Shown here: in pieces, positions 36,744 through 46,232 of the stretch | Layout: each line of letters begins with the position of its first letter | Position numbering within the stretch: position 1 is the first letter of the stretch | Assembly (NCBI GenBank): GCA_023229365.1 | Contig: JALNZK010000002.1 | Location: 126,343 to 190,342 of the forward strand | Length of the DNA stretch: 64,000 nt | Source of the DNA: Pseudomonadota bacterium | GTDB lineage: Bacteria > Myxococcota_A > Polyangia > JAAYKL01 | Reading direction: 5' to 3' | Program-made: the position numbers and the translations under genes | Notes under the pieces: generated by a model | Database searches by the model: none | What the model saw: only the letters and a program-made list of their open reading frames with translations | Told to the model about the DNA's origin: nothing

Positions 36744-37474
36744 ATTACATAATTTATAGAATAACCAATAAAATAAATGACAAAAAATATATTGGATTTT
36801 CAAGCAAGTCATTGGAGGAAAGATGGAACAAACATTTGCGAGACGCCAAGGCAGGAAGAGACACGTATTTGTGCCGAGCTATTAGAAAATATGGCGGTGA
36901 TAATTTTGACAGAGAAGTAATTTACACTGGCGACGATATATCCTATACCAAATATGTAATGGAAAATAAATTTATTATAGAAAACGAAGCACATTGCACT
37001 ACTGGCAAGGGCTACAATATGACAATGGGTGGAGATGGAACGCTGGATCATACTCATTCTGAAAGCACTCGCCGTCAAATGAGCATATCTCACACTGGCA
37101 TGAGATTGTCAGAGTCGGCAAAACAAAAATTAAGTGAGCAAAGAAAAGGGGTGGGCAATCCTAATTTTGGGAAACCGCCTTCTTTGGAAACAAGGAAGAA
37201 AATAAGCCAAGCTAATATGGGTCGCAACCACTCCGAAGAAGCAAAGAACAAAATGAGCGAACAAAAGAAAGGGGATAATAATCCAAATTTTGACAAACCC
37301 CCATCCCAAGAAACCAGAGAAAAAATAAGTGCATCACTTAAAAGAAGATATGCAATGAATGGCAATCCCAATTTTGGCAAATCACCATCCAAAGAAACAA
37401 GAGAAAAAATAAGTGTATCACTTAAAAAAAGATATGCAATGAATAAAACTACGGATACCACAACTCTCCATTAA
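36740..37474 (+). CDS. GIY-YIG homing endonuclease (seg/I-TevI-like) with NUMOD-like repeats
   Basis: MNYIIYRITNKINDKKYIGFS, and a C-terminal repeated GNPNFGKPPS.ETR.KIS; GGAGGAG ribosome-binding site. Confidence 0.8.
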   Translation: MNYIIYRITNKINDKKYIGFSSKSLEERWNKHLRDAKAGRDTYLCRAIRKYGGDNFDREVIYTGDDISYTKYVMENKFIIENEAHCTTGKGYNMTMGGDGTLDHTHSESTRRQMSISHTGMRLSESAKQKLSEQRKGVGNPNFGKPPSLETRKKISQANMGRNHSEEAKNKMSEQKKGDNNPNFDKPPSQETREKISASLKRRYAMNGNPNFGKSPSKETREKISVSLKKRYAMNKTTDTTTLH

Positions 37475-37988
37475 CGAGAATTGGATTACAGCCAATTTTT
37501 CCACTATAAAACTCCAACTCCACGCCGCAGTCTCTCAACAATTGCAGCCCAGCATCCACAGATGCTTTCCAGCGGTCGGGCGTCATATCCATTCGTTCTT
37601 TGTGTCCAATGACTTTCTTAATGCCCATCAATGCTATTGCTCTCGCACAGTCCGAACAAGCCAGCCACTGGCATATCATTGTTAATCCTTCCGTCGATCT
37701 TCGCCTTGCCAGAGAGAAAAGGGCATTACGCTCCGCATGCTCAATATAAAACAATTTCTTTTCACGGTCAGTAATCATGTCCTCCGTCACGGTTATTTGA
37801 GAAGGAAATTCATTACGACCTTCTGACAATATCTCCCACCTATCATCGAGTGGCGTATCAGCATAATCTTTGCCAATAATGGTTATATTGCCAACTATTA
37901 TCGCCCCATTTTGATTGGAACGATCAGGACTACCGGCAGCTAATTCATAACATCTAGCCAAATGTTTTTTTATATTTTCTTCATTCAT
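37449..37988 (-). CDS. dCMP deaminase
   Basis: HAERNA and ACSDCA zinc-ligand motifs; start set at the ATG at 37988 (the track start is a TTG). Confidence 0.75.
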   Translation of the reverse strand: MNEENIKKHLARCYELAAGSPDRSNQNGAIIVGNITIIGKDYADTPLDDRWEILSEGRNEFPSQITVTEDMITDREKKLFYIEHAERNALFSLARRRSTEGLTMICQWLACSDCARAIALMGIKKVIGHKERMDMTPDRWKASVDAGLQLLRDCGVELEFYSGKIGCNPILVNGELWYP

Positions 37989-38032
37989 ATCATAAATAAT
38001 ATCATAATTGGTAAAACAATTCAATGGCAAAA

Positions 38033-38692
38033 ATGCAATTCAAACAATGGTTATTACATGAGCGTTACGGTCAATACAACACTAACAACACCATCATTGT
38101 TGATGTTCAGCCCATGTATGCACAGCACATGAATTTTGGCATTAAAAACTTCGCTGAATTTTTAAAACAAACCTTAAAAAATCGAAAAGTAATATATTTT
38201 TTTAACGGAGATTCTATTGGTTCCAATGATAACAAAGAGGAAATTTCCAATTGGCTTGCAGAATCAGCCAGAGAAAATACGCCATATCCAGAAGACGACG
38301 ATGAAGAAATATACTGGCAAGATCACGAAGACACCTACTCATTGTTCCATAACCGATGCCTATGGTATGATAAAGGTTATGGCTTCTTTAGGTCATGGAT
38401 GGATCATGGAGTCAGTGATGCCACTATTATTAAAACAATTAGATATATGATAATGAAACGCATCAATGACTCTAGAGACTTGGGAGAGGAAGAGCTTCAA
38501 CTTATTACAAATGGAGAAGACATCCCATTGCACGACCCTTTGTTTATACCCTCCATTCCTCTGAATATTTTAAAACAATTCAGTGGAGCATTCCTTTGTG
38601 GAGGTGGTAAAAATGAATGCTTAAAAGAAGTGACACTTCTCATGAATGCTCTAAATATAAAATATACAATTCTTTCAGAATTTACATATTAA
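38033..38692 (+). CDS. CTS-like protein (MQFKQWLLHE), function unknown
   Basis: CTS-family N-terminus. Confidence 0.5.
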   Translation: MQFKQWLLHERYGQYNTNNTIIVDVQPMYAQHMNFGIKNFAEFLKQTLKNRKVIYFFNGDSIGSNDNKEEISNWLAESARENTPYPEDDDEEIYWQDHEDTYSLFHNRCLWYDKGYGFFRSWMDHGVSDATIIKTIRYMIMKRINDSRDLGEEELQLITNGEDIPLHDPLFIPSIPLNILKQFSGAFLCGGGKNECLKEVTLLMNALNIKYTILSEFTY

Positions 38693-39609
38693 ACCGCTAC
38701 CGGAATTTTAATGGCCGCTTGCGGGTTGTAATCTACAATCTCAAAATCACTCATCTGATACGAATAAATATCATCAGCCTTGTGCAAAATTAGCTTTGGA
38801 GAATCAGGTTTCGGTCTAGCCAGATATTCCTCAACGGCTGGTATTTGATCCTCGTAAATATGAGAATCCGCTGTGCTGTGAATAAATTCATAAGGCTCCA
38901 AATCGCATTGCTGAGCCAACATATAAATTAAAGCACTGTAAAATTGAATGTTTGCTGGAATTCCCACAGGGAAGTCACAACTGCGTTGGGTCAACATCCC
39001 ACTCAATTTACCATCATGCACAAAACACTGGAAAGTATAATGGCAAGGCGGCAGCCGCATTTTCCATGTATCTAACGGATTCCACAACGAGAATAGATTT
39101 CGTCGGTCATCGGGATTTTCTTTTAAGGTTTTGACCATGTTGGCAAGTTGGTCAAAACCACCCGCTCCATATTTCACCTTAAAATCCTGATCGCATTCAG
39201 TGACGGTGAATTCCTTGTCTCCGTCTCCATATTCGCCGCCAAAATGCCGTAGCTGGAAGCCGTATACAGGACCAAAGCTGCCCGGTATGAATCCATGTTT
39301 CTTTTCAAAATCATGATCTACCCACGGGGTCCATATCCCAGACCCTAATGCAATTAGATCATTGTTGTTGGTAGAGCCTGAGAGAAACCACAACAATTCT
39401 CCAAAGATAGCCTTGGGCCACACTTTTCTCCCAGTTAGAAGGGGAAAATGCTCATTGATTCTGTATCGGCTTTGGATGCCAAAAACAGCAACAGTTCTTA
39501 CCCCCGTCCTGTTTTCCTTCCAAACTCCATTCTTAATAATGTTGCGTAAAGCATCGTCATACGCCTGTAGGATGTATGTCATCTTTATTTCCCCATGCAG
39601 CTTTTGCAA
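38689..39609 (-). CDS. thyA: thymidylate synthase (ThyA; dUMP-specific, Asn retained)
   Basis: RRNLFSLWNP, LPPCH, DFPVGIPANIQFY. Confidence 0.85.
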   Translation of the reverse strand: MQKLHGEIKMTYILQAYDDALRNIIKNGVWKENRTGVRTVAVFGIQSRYRINEHFPLLTGRKVWPKAIFGELLWFLSGSTNNNDLIALGSGIWTPWVDHDFEKKHGFIPGSFGPVYGFQLRHFGGEYGDGDKEFTVTECDQDFKVKYGAGGFDQLANMVKTLKENPDDRRNLFSLWNPLDTWKMRLPPCHYTFQCFVHDGKLSGMLTQRSCDFPVGIPANIQFYSALIYMLAQQCDLEPYEFIHSTADSHIYEDQIPAVEEYLARPKPDSPKLILHKADDIYSYQMSDFEIVDYNPQAAIKIPVAV

Positions 39610-39794
39610 ATCTCGTCTTTAGTTTTTCGAGAACTTGGTGCAACCGCCCCAAATCCTCCGTGGTCCAGCCATCTTCGTCAACCAGACTCTCAATAGCATC
39701 CAATAATTCATCTTTAGAAATCAAGCATGTAAATCGTGCGTTCATAATAAAGCTATTTTATAACAAAACACAAATAAAGGCAATATATAAATTT

Positions 39795-40022
39795 ATGAAA
39801 ACCTTTGCCCAATGGCTGGAGCATAATTACAACAACTCTGGCAATAAAATGGTACAGAAATTATGGAAATTCCAGGCAGAAAACCCGAACTCCTCATTTA
39901 GAGAATTCTGGCTGTTGCACGGCAATAACGACAAGAACGACCGTGAATTATGTCAGCAAGAATTCTATGGAATGAAAAACACACATGGGCAGCATGTTTC
40001 GGCAGCCGACTTGTTGAGGTAA
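39795..40022 (+). CDS. small CTS-like protein (MKTFAQWLEH)
   Basis: 75 aa; late-promoter-like TATATAAATTT upstream. Confidence 0.5.
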   Translation: MKTFAQWLEHNYNNSGNKMVQKLWKFQAENPNSSFREFWLLHGNNDKNDRELCQQEFYGMKNTHGQHVSAADLLR

Positions 40023-40023
40023 T

Positions 40024-40773
40024 ATGAATTTTAAATTGTGGATAGAGAATGACGAAGAATACGATACCTTTGGCGATCCCAAAGAATGGCATATCGGACA
40101 ACTAGGCATCCTTGACGAATTTGGGCTAAAAGATTTCGCCGTCATTCAAGTTATCCGATTTGAAGATGTTCCACAGGCTGATCCTGAATATTATAAAATG
40201 AAAGACCGCAATACTGTCATCTCTCTCAATAAATTTGGTGGCTCAACCTACAAAAGAGGTGAAAGTGTTCCTGTTAAAATTATTCAAGCATTCGGAAGTA
40301 TATCAAAAAGTCACAAAGTTCATTTCTATGTCGGTGCCCAAAACCTCTATCGCACCATTGATGACCTTATAAAAAAAGAAATGAAAGTGCTTTACCCAGA
40401 CCTACTTATACAATTTTGGAACTCTCCACAATATCGGGCACTTATTACTGAATTTCCACAACTAAAAATAAAAAACCAATCCCCTCTGGATCAGATTCAA
40501 TACCAAGTCTACGACATTCAGGGATATACAGTCTATGTGATACCAGAGCCCCGAGTTCTAAAAAGACAAGCAGAATATCGAGCGTCTGGATATCCCCACC
40601 CTTTGCACGCCTACTACTTTGCCATTCCTGAGTTGAAGACTAGATCGCAAGACGAAAAAACAAGCCAATGGCTAAGGACGCAAAAAATGGGTGAAAATGG
40701 CATGTTCACCAGCGAACGAGAAGCACTAACTGGGGCGGAAAAATATATTAACTATTTATTTTATGGAGAATGA
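40024..40773 (+). CDS. CTS-like protein (MNFKLWIEND), function unknown
   Basis: 249 aa. Confidence 0.5.
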   Translation: MNFKLWIENDEEYDTFGDPKEWHIGQLGILDEFGLKDFAVIQVIRFEDVPQADPEYYKMKDRNTVISLNKFGGSTYKRGESVPVKIIQAFGSISKSHKVHFYVGAQNLYRTIDDLIKKEMKVLYPDLLIQFWNSPQYRALITEFPQLKIKNQSPLDQIQYQVYDIQGYTVYVIPEPRVLKRQAEYRASGYPHPLHAYYFAIPELKTRSQDEKTSQWLRTQKMGENGMFTSEREALTGAEKYINYLFYGE

Positions 40774-41318
40774 ATTTCATTTCCCCAAGAAGTCCAACCC
40801 TCTCTACACACCCTCGCATACATATCTAACCTTGGGTCGGGCGAAAGCTTTTCCACTAACTGATAGAACTCATCGGGCTTTTCGCTGTGTTTACCCCTGG
40901 GCCATTCGAAACAAGTCCCATCCGTCGCCTGAGCATGTCTGCCGCCTTGCCCAAATGGATTGCCATGCCTCGATCCTACTCTGGCAACCAAAATATATTC
41001 TGTATTGCAACGAAACCTACCGACGCCCAACCCAGGCTTCTTCCATGTCCACAGAATTATTGGCTGGGCTCCCCAAGTCTTTGCCACCTTATAGCCCCAA
41101 TCCACATGCTGAGCAATGCACCAAATGTATAAATGGGCCTGTGTGGCTATCGGCGGCTTCATATAGCATATTTCTTCCAAGCTCATGGTTGGATAGAAAT
41201 TTGTGGGATAAGCCTTGCTTTTTGCGTTCTTAAACCCACTATTCAATGTCGGTGTCCACGGGGGATCAACTACAACAGTTTTGAATTCTGTGTCGAATTC
41301 TAATTCTCTATATACCAT
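40761..41318 (-). CDS. MT-A70-family adenine methyltransferase
   Basis: VVVDPPW motif. Confidence 0.65.
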   Translation of the reverse strand: MVYRELEFDTEFKTVVVDPPWTPTLNSGFKNAKSKAYPTNFYPTMSLEEICYMKPPIATQAHLYIWCIAQHVDWGYKVAKTWGAQPIILWTWKKPGLGVGRFRCNTEYILVARVGSRHGNPFGQGGRHAQATDGTCFEWPRGKHSEKPDEFYQLVEKLSPDPRLDMYARVCREGWTSWGNEIHSP

Positions 41319-42066
41319 TTAATCGCTCACAAGCAATATTAAAATATTTTTCTTCTTTTTCTATACCAATAAATTGACGACCAGTATCTGCACAAGCCAC
41401 CAATGTGCTGCCAGAGCCTGCTGTGTTATCCAAAACTACCTCGAAATCCTTAGTGTAGGTGTAAATTAAATATTCCATTAATGCCACCGGCTTCTCTGTT
41501 GGATGATATTTACATTGCGACGAATGCTTAGGACAATATAATATACTTTTAGGGTATTTCATCCCACTTAAATCATCTTCCACTCTTTCTGAAATCAATC
41601 TGGTTTCCGAGACGTTCTTTTTTGATGCCCCTTGTTTGTGGTTAGGCTTACCCGGAATTTTAATAGGATAATATGGTGATTTGCCTTTGCTGAAAACTAC
41701 AATATTTTCATGTTGTTTTAAAGGCTGGTGCTTGGCGTTAGCAAAATTGGTGGGATTTTCTTTGTTCCAAATCCATTCGTATTTAAACCAATCCATGTTG
41801 CTCTGTATAAGTATAGTCGTAAAAGGTTGACTAGCTGTAAAGACAAAAGCACCATTACCGATAATAATTCTCTTGTATTGTTCCCACAATTTATCTAAGG
41901 GAATGACCGAATCCCATTTGCAATAAGTCGTTCCGTAAGGAAGGTCGCAGATTACAGCATGAACACTGTTATCTGGGATGAGCCGCATAACCTCTAAGCA
42001 ATCCCCTAAAATCAAGGAATTCGGCTCTACCTTCCCTATGTCTTTGTAGTCCTTAATGAATTTCAT
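41308..42066 (-). CDS. beta-class N6/N4 DNA methyltransferase
   Basis: DLPYGT then NTAGSGST. Confidence 0.7.
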   Translation of the reverse strand: MKFIKDYKDIGKVEPNSLILGDCLEVMRLIPDNSVHAVICDLPYGTTYCKWDSVIPLDKLWEQYKRIIIGNGAFVFTASQPFTTILIQSNMDWFKYEWIWNKENPTNFANAKHQPLKQHENIVVFSKGKSPYYPIKIPGKPNHKQGASKKNVSETRLISERVEDDLSGMKYPKSILYCPKHSSQCKYHPTEKPVALMEYLIYTYTKDFEVVLDNTAGSGSTLVACADTGRQFIGIEKEEKYFNIACERLNGI

Positions 42067-42076
42067 TTTTTACACT

Positions 42077-42451
42077 TCACAACAATTCTTCTCTAACGGC
42101 ATTCCACCCAGGGAACCCTCCCAGATTACGATCATCAATAACGCATTGACAATGTGGCTTCCTTTTTAATACGCCATAAGGACGAGGCTCATCCTCTGGC
42201 AAGGTCTCATTTATACCATCAAATTCTATTCCATTTCTACGACAAAATTCTATGGCTTGTGTAAGAAAATTGCCCTTAGGCTCATCTTCTCTGCAAGTCC
42301 ATAAAACAAGCTTATATCCCGCTGCCTTTAAATCTTGCATTGTTTCAAAAGCACCGGGCAATGGCTTGCCAATATCTGGCCATGCGAACTCAACAATAGT
42401 GCCATCAAAATCTATAAACAGTGTATGATATACATTCATTGCTGCATCCAT
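42077..42451 (-). CDS. HAD-superfamily small phosphatase-like protein
   Basis: FIDFDGTIV DxDGT motif. Confidence 0.45.
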   Translation of the reverse strand: MDAAMNVYHTLFIDFDGTIVEFAWPDIGKPLPGAFETMQDLKAAGYKLVLWTCREDEPKGNFLTQAIEFCRRNGIEFDGINETLPEDEPRPYGVLKRKPHCQCVIDDRNLGGFPGWNAVREELL

Positions 42452-42639
42452 AATTCTGTTGCTTTAGCACGTCGATCTGCTTTTAATTTATCTTTAGCAT
42501 CACACTCATCGAAATGATCCTGAATCTCATCCACTTTTTTACCACAACGCAAACAAACTCTTCTTTGTAGAAATTTGCCACAAGAAAGATGCGATTCTAA
42601 AATCTCCCAATCATGAAATCCAAAACTGCAAAGATTCAT
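42436..42639 (-). CDS. zinc-ribbon protein
   Basis: CLRCGKK...C. Confidence 0.35.
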   Translation of the reverse strand: MNLCSFGFHDWEILESHLSCGKFLQRRVCLRCGKKVDEIQDHFDECDAKDKLKADRRAKATELWMQQ

Positions 42640-44051
42640 ATTGCCTCCAAAAATGACTTATCAAATTCCTTGGGAATGCCAAAATAAAACCTTTGGCAGG
42701 TTTTCTTTAAGTTTTTATACCATGCCGAACGGGATATATGCAAGATGTATTCAAAAACATACTTGTAATCCAAGTCCGTATTGGCCCTCCACCACACCTT
42801 AAAATCATCCTGTAAATTATCTTCTACTCCATCTATGGGCACAGTACGATTCGCACCAGGGCTTGAATTACGATTTACATCAAACTCGCAGTACCCAAAG
42901 TAGTCGGTTGATCCCTTGTTGGGATTGCCAGGGAAGTAGAATGATGGGCAGGGGTCTCTGTTTAACTCATAAACAAATGACCCCTTTTTTAAGAATGGAT
43001 GCCTGAAATACCATCGATTTTCATTGCGATGCTGGATAGGCTTATAATTATCAATATCACTTATGACATCTAAACTAAACCCTGGTAGTGTCTTGATTTC
43101 CTTTACATAATTGGCCACCACTTTTCGCTTATCTGCCTTGCCCAGGGACACCAGATGCAAATGTCCCTCATAGGTCAAATAATCCAACATGCTCCATGTT
43201 TCTGGATTTGCTGTAAACAAAAGACAAAGCCTCTGTTGAAAATGTTCTAATGGCTCATCTTTAATCGAGAGGAAAATGGACTCACATGGCACGCTTCCGA
43301 GGTTGGTCTTTTTAAATATTTTTTGAAAAGGGATGTAATCCAGTTCATGGTAGAAATCAGCCACTTTTGCGAGCTTGCCATTGTGAAAATAATACTCACC
43401 GGGCTCTGTTCCTACCTCAAAAGAAACATACACCAAGTCTCTATTCACACCAGGAAATTCCTTGGGTAAATCCCAAACACTAATCAGCGTTGCGTATTGC
43501 TTCAAGAACTTCTTGAAAGAAAGATAAGCCTTAGAATTATTGTCGAATATGGCTTTGGGCAGTATGTAATGGATGTAGCCCTTTTTCCCAGTAAGCAAAA
43601 TAAGGTCTACGGTATGCACTAAAAAAATTACCGACTCTTCCCGCATATTGGTGATGCCATATTTCTTCATCAAATTCTTGACAAAGGGCTTGCGTTCAGA
43701 GAGCGAATAGGCTGGGGAACGGAATGGCGGGTTGCCAATAAAGGTTACGCTGGTGCCGTCATCCGTAGGTGGGTCAATAAAATCATAGAAATTACCTGTC
43801 ATTATAAATTCTTTGCCATGATATTGTTTAACAATATCTGAGTCTATTTCTATGCCCAAAATATCAGCATCTGGAAATTTCTTCTTGATTTTATCAACAA
43901 ACACACCTACACCGCAACTCGGTTCAATTATGTATTCTGTCTTGATTTCTGTGCGAGCCAAACAAAAATCAGCTATTGAATCAGGTGTTGGAAATTGACC
44001 TAAAAGAATTTCTTTACTTGAAATATCTTTGTTTATTGAAGAATTAGCCAT
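42636..44051 (-). CDS. gamma-class N6-adenine DNA methyltransferase with a C-terminal recognition region
   Basis: FPTPDSIADF, EPSCGVGVF, GNPPF. Confidence 0.7.
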   Translation of the reverse strand: MANSSINKDISSKEILLGQFPTPDSIADFCLARTEIKTEYIIEPSCGVGVFVDKIKKKFPDADILGIEIDSDIVKQYHGKEFIMTGNFYDFIDPPTDDGTSVTFIGNPPFRSPAYSLSERKPFVKNLMKKYGITNMREESVIFLVHTVDLILLTGKKGYIHYILPKAIFDNNSKAYLSFKKFLKQYATLISVWDLPKEFPGVNRDLVYVSFEVGTEPGEYYFHNGKLAKVADFYHELDYIPFQKIFKKTNLGSVPCESIFLSIKDEPLEHFQQRLCLLFTANPETWSMLDYLTYEGHLHLVSLGKADKRKVVANYVKEIKTLPGFSLDVISDIDNYKPIQHRNENRWYFRHPFLKKGSFVYELNRDPCPSFYFPGNPNKGSTDYFGYCEFDVNRNSSPGANRTVPIDGVEDNLQDDFKVWWRANTDLDYKYVFEYILHISRSAWYKNLKKTCQRFYFGIPKEFDKSFLEAI

Positions 44052-44090
44052 AATAAAACAGCCCTGTTAAACATTTCAACAAGGCTGTCC

Positions 44091-44130
44091 CTAAGACGGG
44101 ATAAGACGGGATAAGACGGGATAAGACGGT
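44091..44130. repeat. 4 tandem copies of the 10-mer ATAAGACGGG
   Basis: directly visible; immediately 3' of the methyltransferase gene. Confidence 0.8.
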
Positions 44131-44486
44131 CACTGGGATTCGAACCCTTTAGCCCCAATAGCAGACCGTTGTTTCCAAGATCATCGGCTTTTGCCAGTTG
44201 GTTCTCGGAACACCACTGAGTTTGTGGCTCAAGTTGGCCATTTAATAAATTTTAAAACGTTAAATAAATATTGGGCTTTCGCCCTATTAGTATTAAATAT
44301 ATAATATCACATATAAATTACTTTGTCAACTTCTTTTTCTTTTTCTTTTTGAAAAAATCATCTTCATCAGTGTTAAACATCTGCGGGAATTTTCTTTGTA
44401 TCATTGGCAAAGAAGGTCTAGCAAAAACAGCTATGCAACTCGTGCCAGTTGCATTTTCTTTTATAATTTCTTTTTCAATCCAATTT

Positions 44487-44942
44487 TTAAAGTTTATAGA
44501 GAGCATATCCAGGGGCTACCTCCGAAGTAGTTATGTTTACCGCCTGGAAAAATTTCTTACTTGTTTTGTTCCACGGACACACACGCAAATATCTGCCTCT
44601 CCGATTGGCTATCTCTCTAGCCTTCTGCATCAATCGACTGCCATAGCCCTTTCTGCGATACTGCCGCTTCACATAAACATAAGTGCGAAGACACTTGCTG
44701 TTTTTAGATAGTCGGAAATCACACATCGCCCAACCCAAGAGATTATTGCCAGAGTACAGAGCGATGGCTAAATAATCACCCTTCCTGGGGTCTGATTCAT
44801 TGGCAGCCGCATGCATGTAATCCTCTTTGTCGTCAGGCGTTGCATCACGCAAATACCTGCGGCTTGCTGGATTGATGCGAGCGTAATCTTTAATCAACCA
44901 TCTCATCTTCCTAAAACCCTCATTTTTTGAGCAATATACCAC
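44487..44942 (-). CDS. GNAT-family N-acetyltransferase
   Basis: RRKGYGSRLMQKA acetyl-CoA motif A. Confidence 0.6.
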   Translation of the reverse strand: MVYCSKNEGFRKMRWLIKDYARINPASRRYLRDATPDDKEDYMHAAANESDPRKGDYLAIALYSGNNLLGWAMCDFRLSKNSKCLRTYVYVKRQYRRKGYGSRLMQKAREIANRRGRYLRVCPWNKTSKKFFQAVNITTSEVAPGYALYKL

Positions 44943-45196
44943 TTTCCACCTTGTCCAGCAGGCCGTTTGAATTCATAATAATCCTTGAACTCAACCTTAT
45001 ACCACAGCCTGCCCTTCATGGAAAGATGGGGACAAGGGGCACAAGCGATGTGCCAACCAGGACGAAATGAATACCCCTTAGTTGGGTACTCTTTGGCATC
45101 TATCCACTGACCTATGGGAATAATGGCTTTTCTATTAATGAAAAGAGAGCCAAGAGTGCCATTCTTACGCATTCGAAATAATTTATAGCCAATCAT
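44903..45196 (-). CDS. hypothetical protein
   Basis: 97 aa. Confidence 0.35.
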   Translation of the reverse strand: MIGYKLFRMRKNGTLGSLFINRKAIIPIGQWIDAKEYPTKGYSFRPGWHIACAPCPHLSMKGRLWYKVEFKDYYEFKRPAGQGGKWYIAQKMRVLGR

Positions 45197-45232
45197 ATTG
45201 TTGTTGTAATATAATTAGCCATAAATGTCAAG

Positions 45233-45775
45233 CTATTGTATAGGGGTTGCTTGAGGGATGCCGCCTGGACCGGGTAGACTTCCAGGTATTCCACCACCGG
45301 CACCAGGACCAGTTGCCTTATCTTGGAACATGACTTTTTTGAACCAGTCATAATCAACATACTGCGGTATTCGTTTAGTGGCTCGGGCACCTTGGGGAAC
45401 AATTTTCCACTTCATTCCTTGCCTGCCTGTTAAATCTCGTAGTCCTTTAGTTCCCGCTTTTGTAGTGGGCAAGAAATCAATTTTCATTCCCTTAATTTCT
45501 TCTCCGTCATTATCAACAGCTTTTACGGTAAAAGCTCGCAAGTTAGAAAGATTTCCGCCAGAGGGACCGATCCATGATCCAACGAACGTCTGCCCTCTTA
45601 GATCGTTAGGCTCAATACCTAATTCATAAGCTAAATTATTCCAGTCGGGCATTGGTTGGCCTCCACCCGGCATTCCTCCCGGCATTCCTCCCATAGGCGG
45701 TGCTCCTTGCATCCCTCCCATTCCAGGTGGCGGGGGTGGTCCTTGTTCCATAAATTGTCGAAAAGATAATGTCAT
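45233..45775 (-). CDS. Gly/Pro/Met-rich CTS-like protein (MTLSFRQFMEQ)
   Basis: GPPPPPGMGGMQGAPPMGGMPGGMPGGG low-complexity segment; the long upstream extension in the track is rejected. Confidence 0.45.
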   Translation of the reverse strand: MTLSFRQFMEQGPPPPPGMGGMQGAPPMGGMPGGMPGGGQPMPDWNNLAYELGIEPNDLRGQTFVGSWIGPSGGNLSNLRAFTVKAVDNDGEEIKGMKIDFLPTTKAGTKGLRDLTGRQGMKWKIVPQGARATKRIPQYVDYDWFKKVMFQDKATGPGAGGGIPGSLPGPGGIPQATPIQ

Positions 45776-45794
45776 TATAAAGATATATACCTCT

Positions 45795-46232
45795 ATGAAC
45801 ACAACATTTGAACATTTTGTCGAAGAAAAAGCCCAAAACAACAAAGAGCAAATAAAAGCTATGTTAGGCTCCAATGATTTTGTTTTCTTCTTTGAAAAAA
45901 ACAAAGAAATTTTTGGTGCCCCCGAAGAGAGCCGACTTATGTTTGCCCGCATGAAAAACCCAGACCCCGAAGATAATGACTGGGTTAAAGAAGCTAATTT
46001 CAGCGGATTAAACCTCAATAGAGCCCTAAAGGGAGAGAAAACAGAAAGTCTATTTTCCCATACTGATTTGACCAAAATCAAAATATTGGACCAAGAAGAA
46101 GCATATGATAAATTGTCCAGATTAACTTCGGATACAGATAAGATAAAAACCGTTCTTTCTGACGATGATAATCCGCACCCAGAAGCTCCTGATGCGGCTC
46201 CAGGCATCCAACAATTAAAAGACAAAAAATGA
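45795..46232 (+). CDS. CTS-like protein (MNTTFEHFVEE)
   Basis: 145 aa. Confidence 0.45.
   Translation: MNTTFEHFVEEKAQNNKEQIKAMLGSNDFVFFFEKNKEIFGAPEESRLMFARMKNPDPEDNDWVKEANFSGLNLNRALKGEKTESLFSHTDLTKIKILDQEEAYDKLSRLTSDTDKIKTVLSDDDNPHPEAPDAAPGIQQLKDKK

Noticed and set aside
38689-39609. Possibility that the ThyA homolog is a dCMP/dUMP hydroxymethylase (hypermodified bases)
   Set aside because: The substrate-specifying Asn (PANIQFY) and the LPPCH catalytic Cys match a canonical dTMP synthase, not the Asp of dCMP hydroxymethylases.
44271-44711. 146-aa plus-strand ORF
   Set aside because: Overlaps the minus-strand GNAT acetyltransferase, which has a clear acetyl-CoA motif. The plus-strand frame has no support.
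45776-46225. N-terminal 150-aa extension of the 330-aa minus-strand ORF
   Set aside because: S/L-rich, garbage-like translation that overlaps the plus-strand gene 45795..46232. The CTS-like motif appears at an internal Met at 45775, which is taken as the true start.
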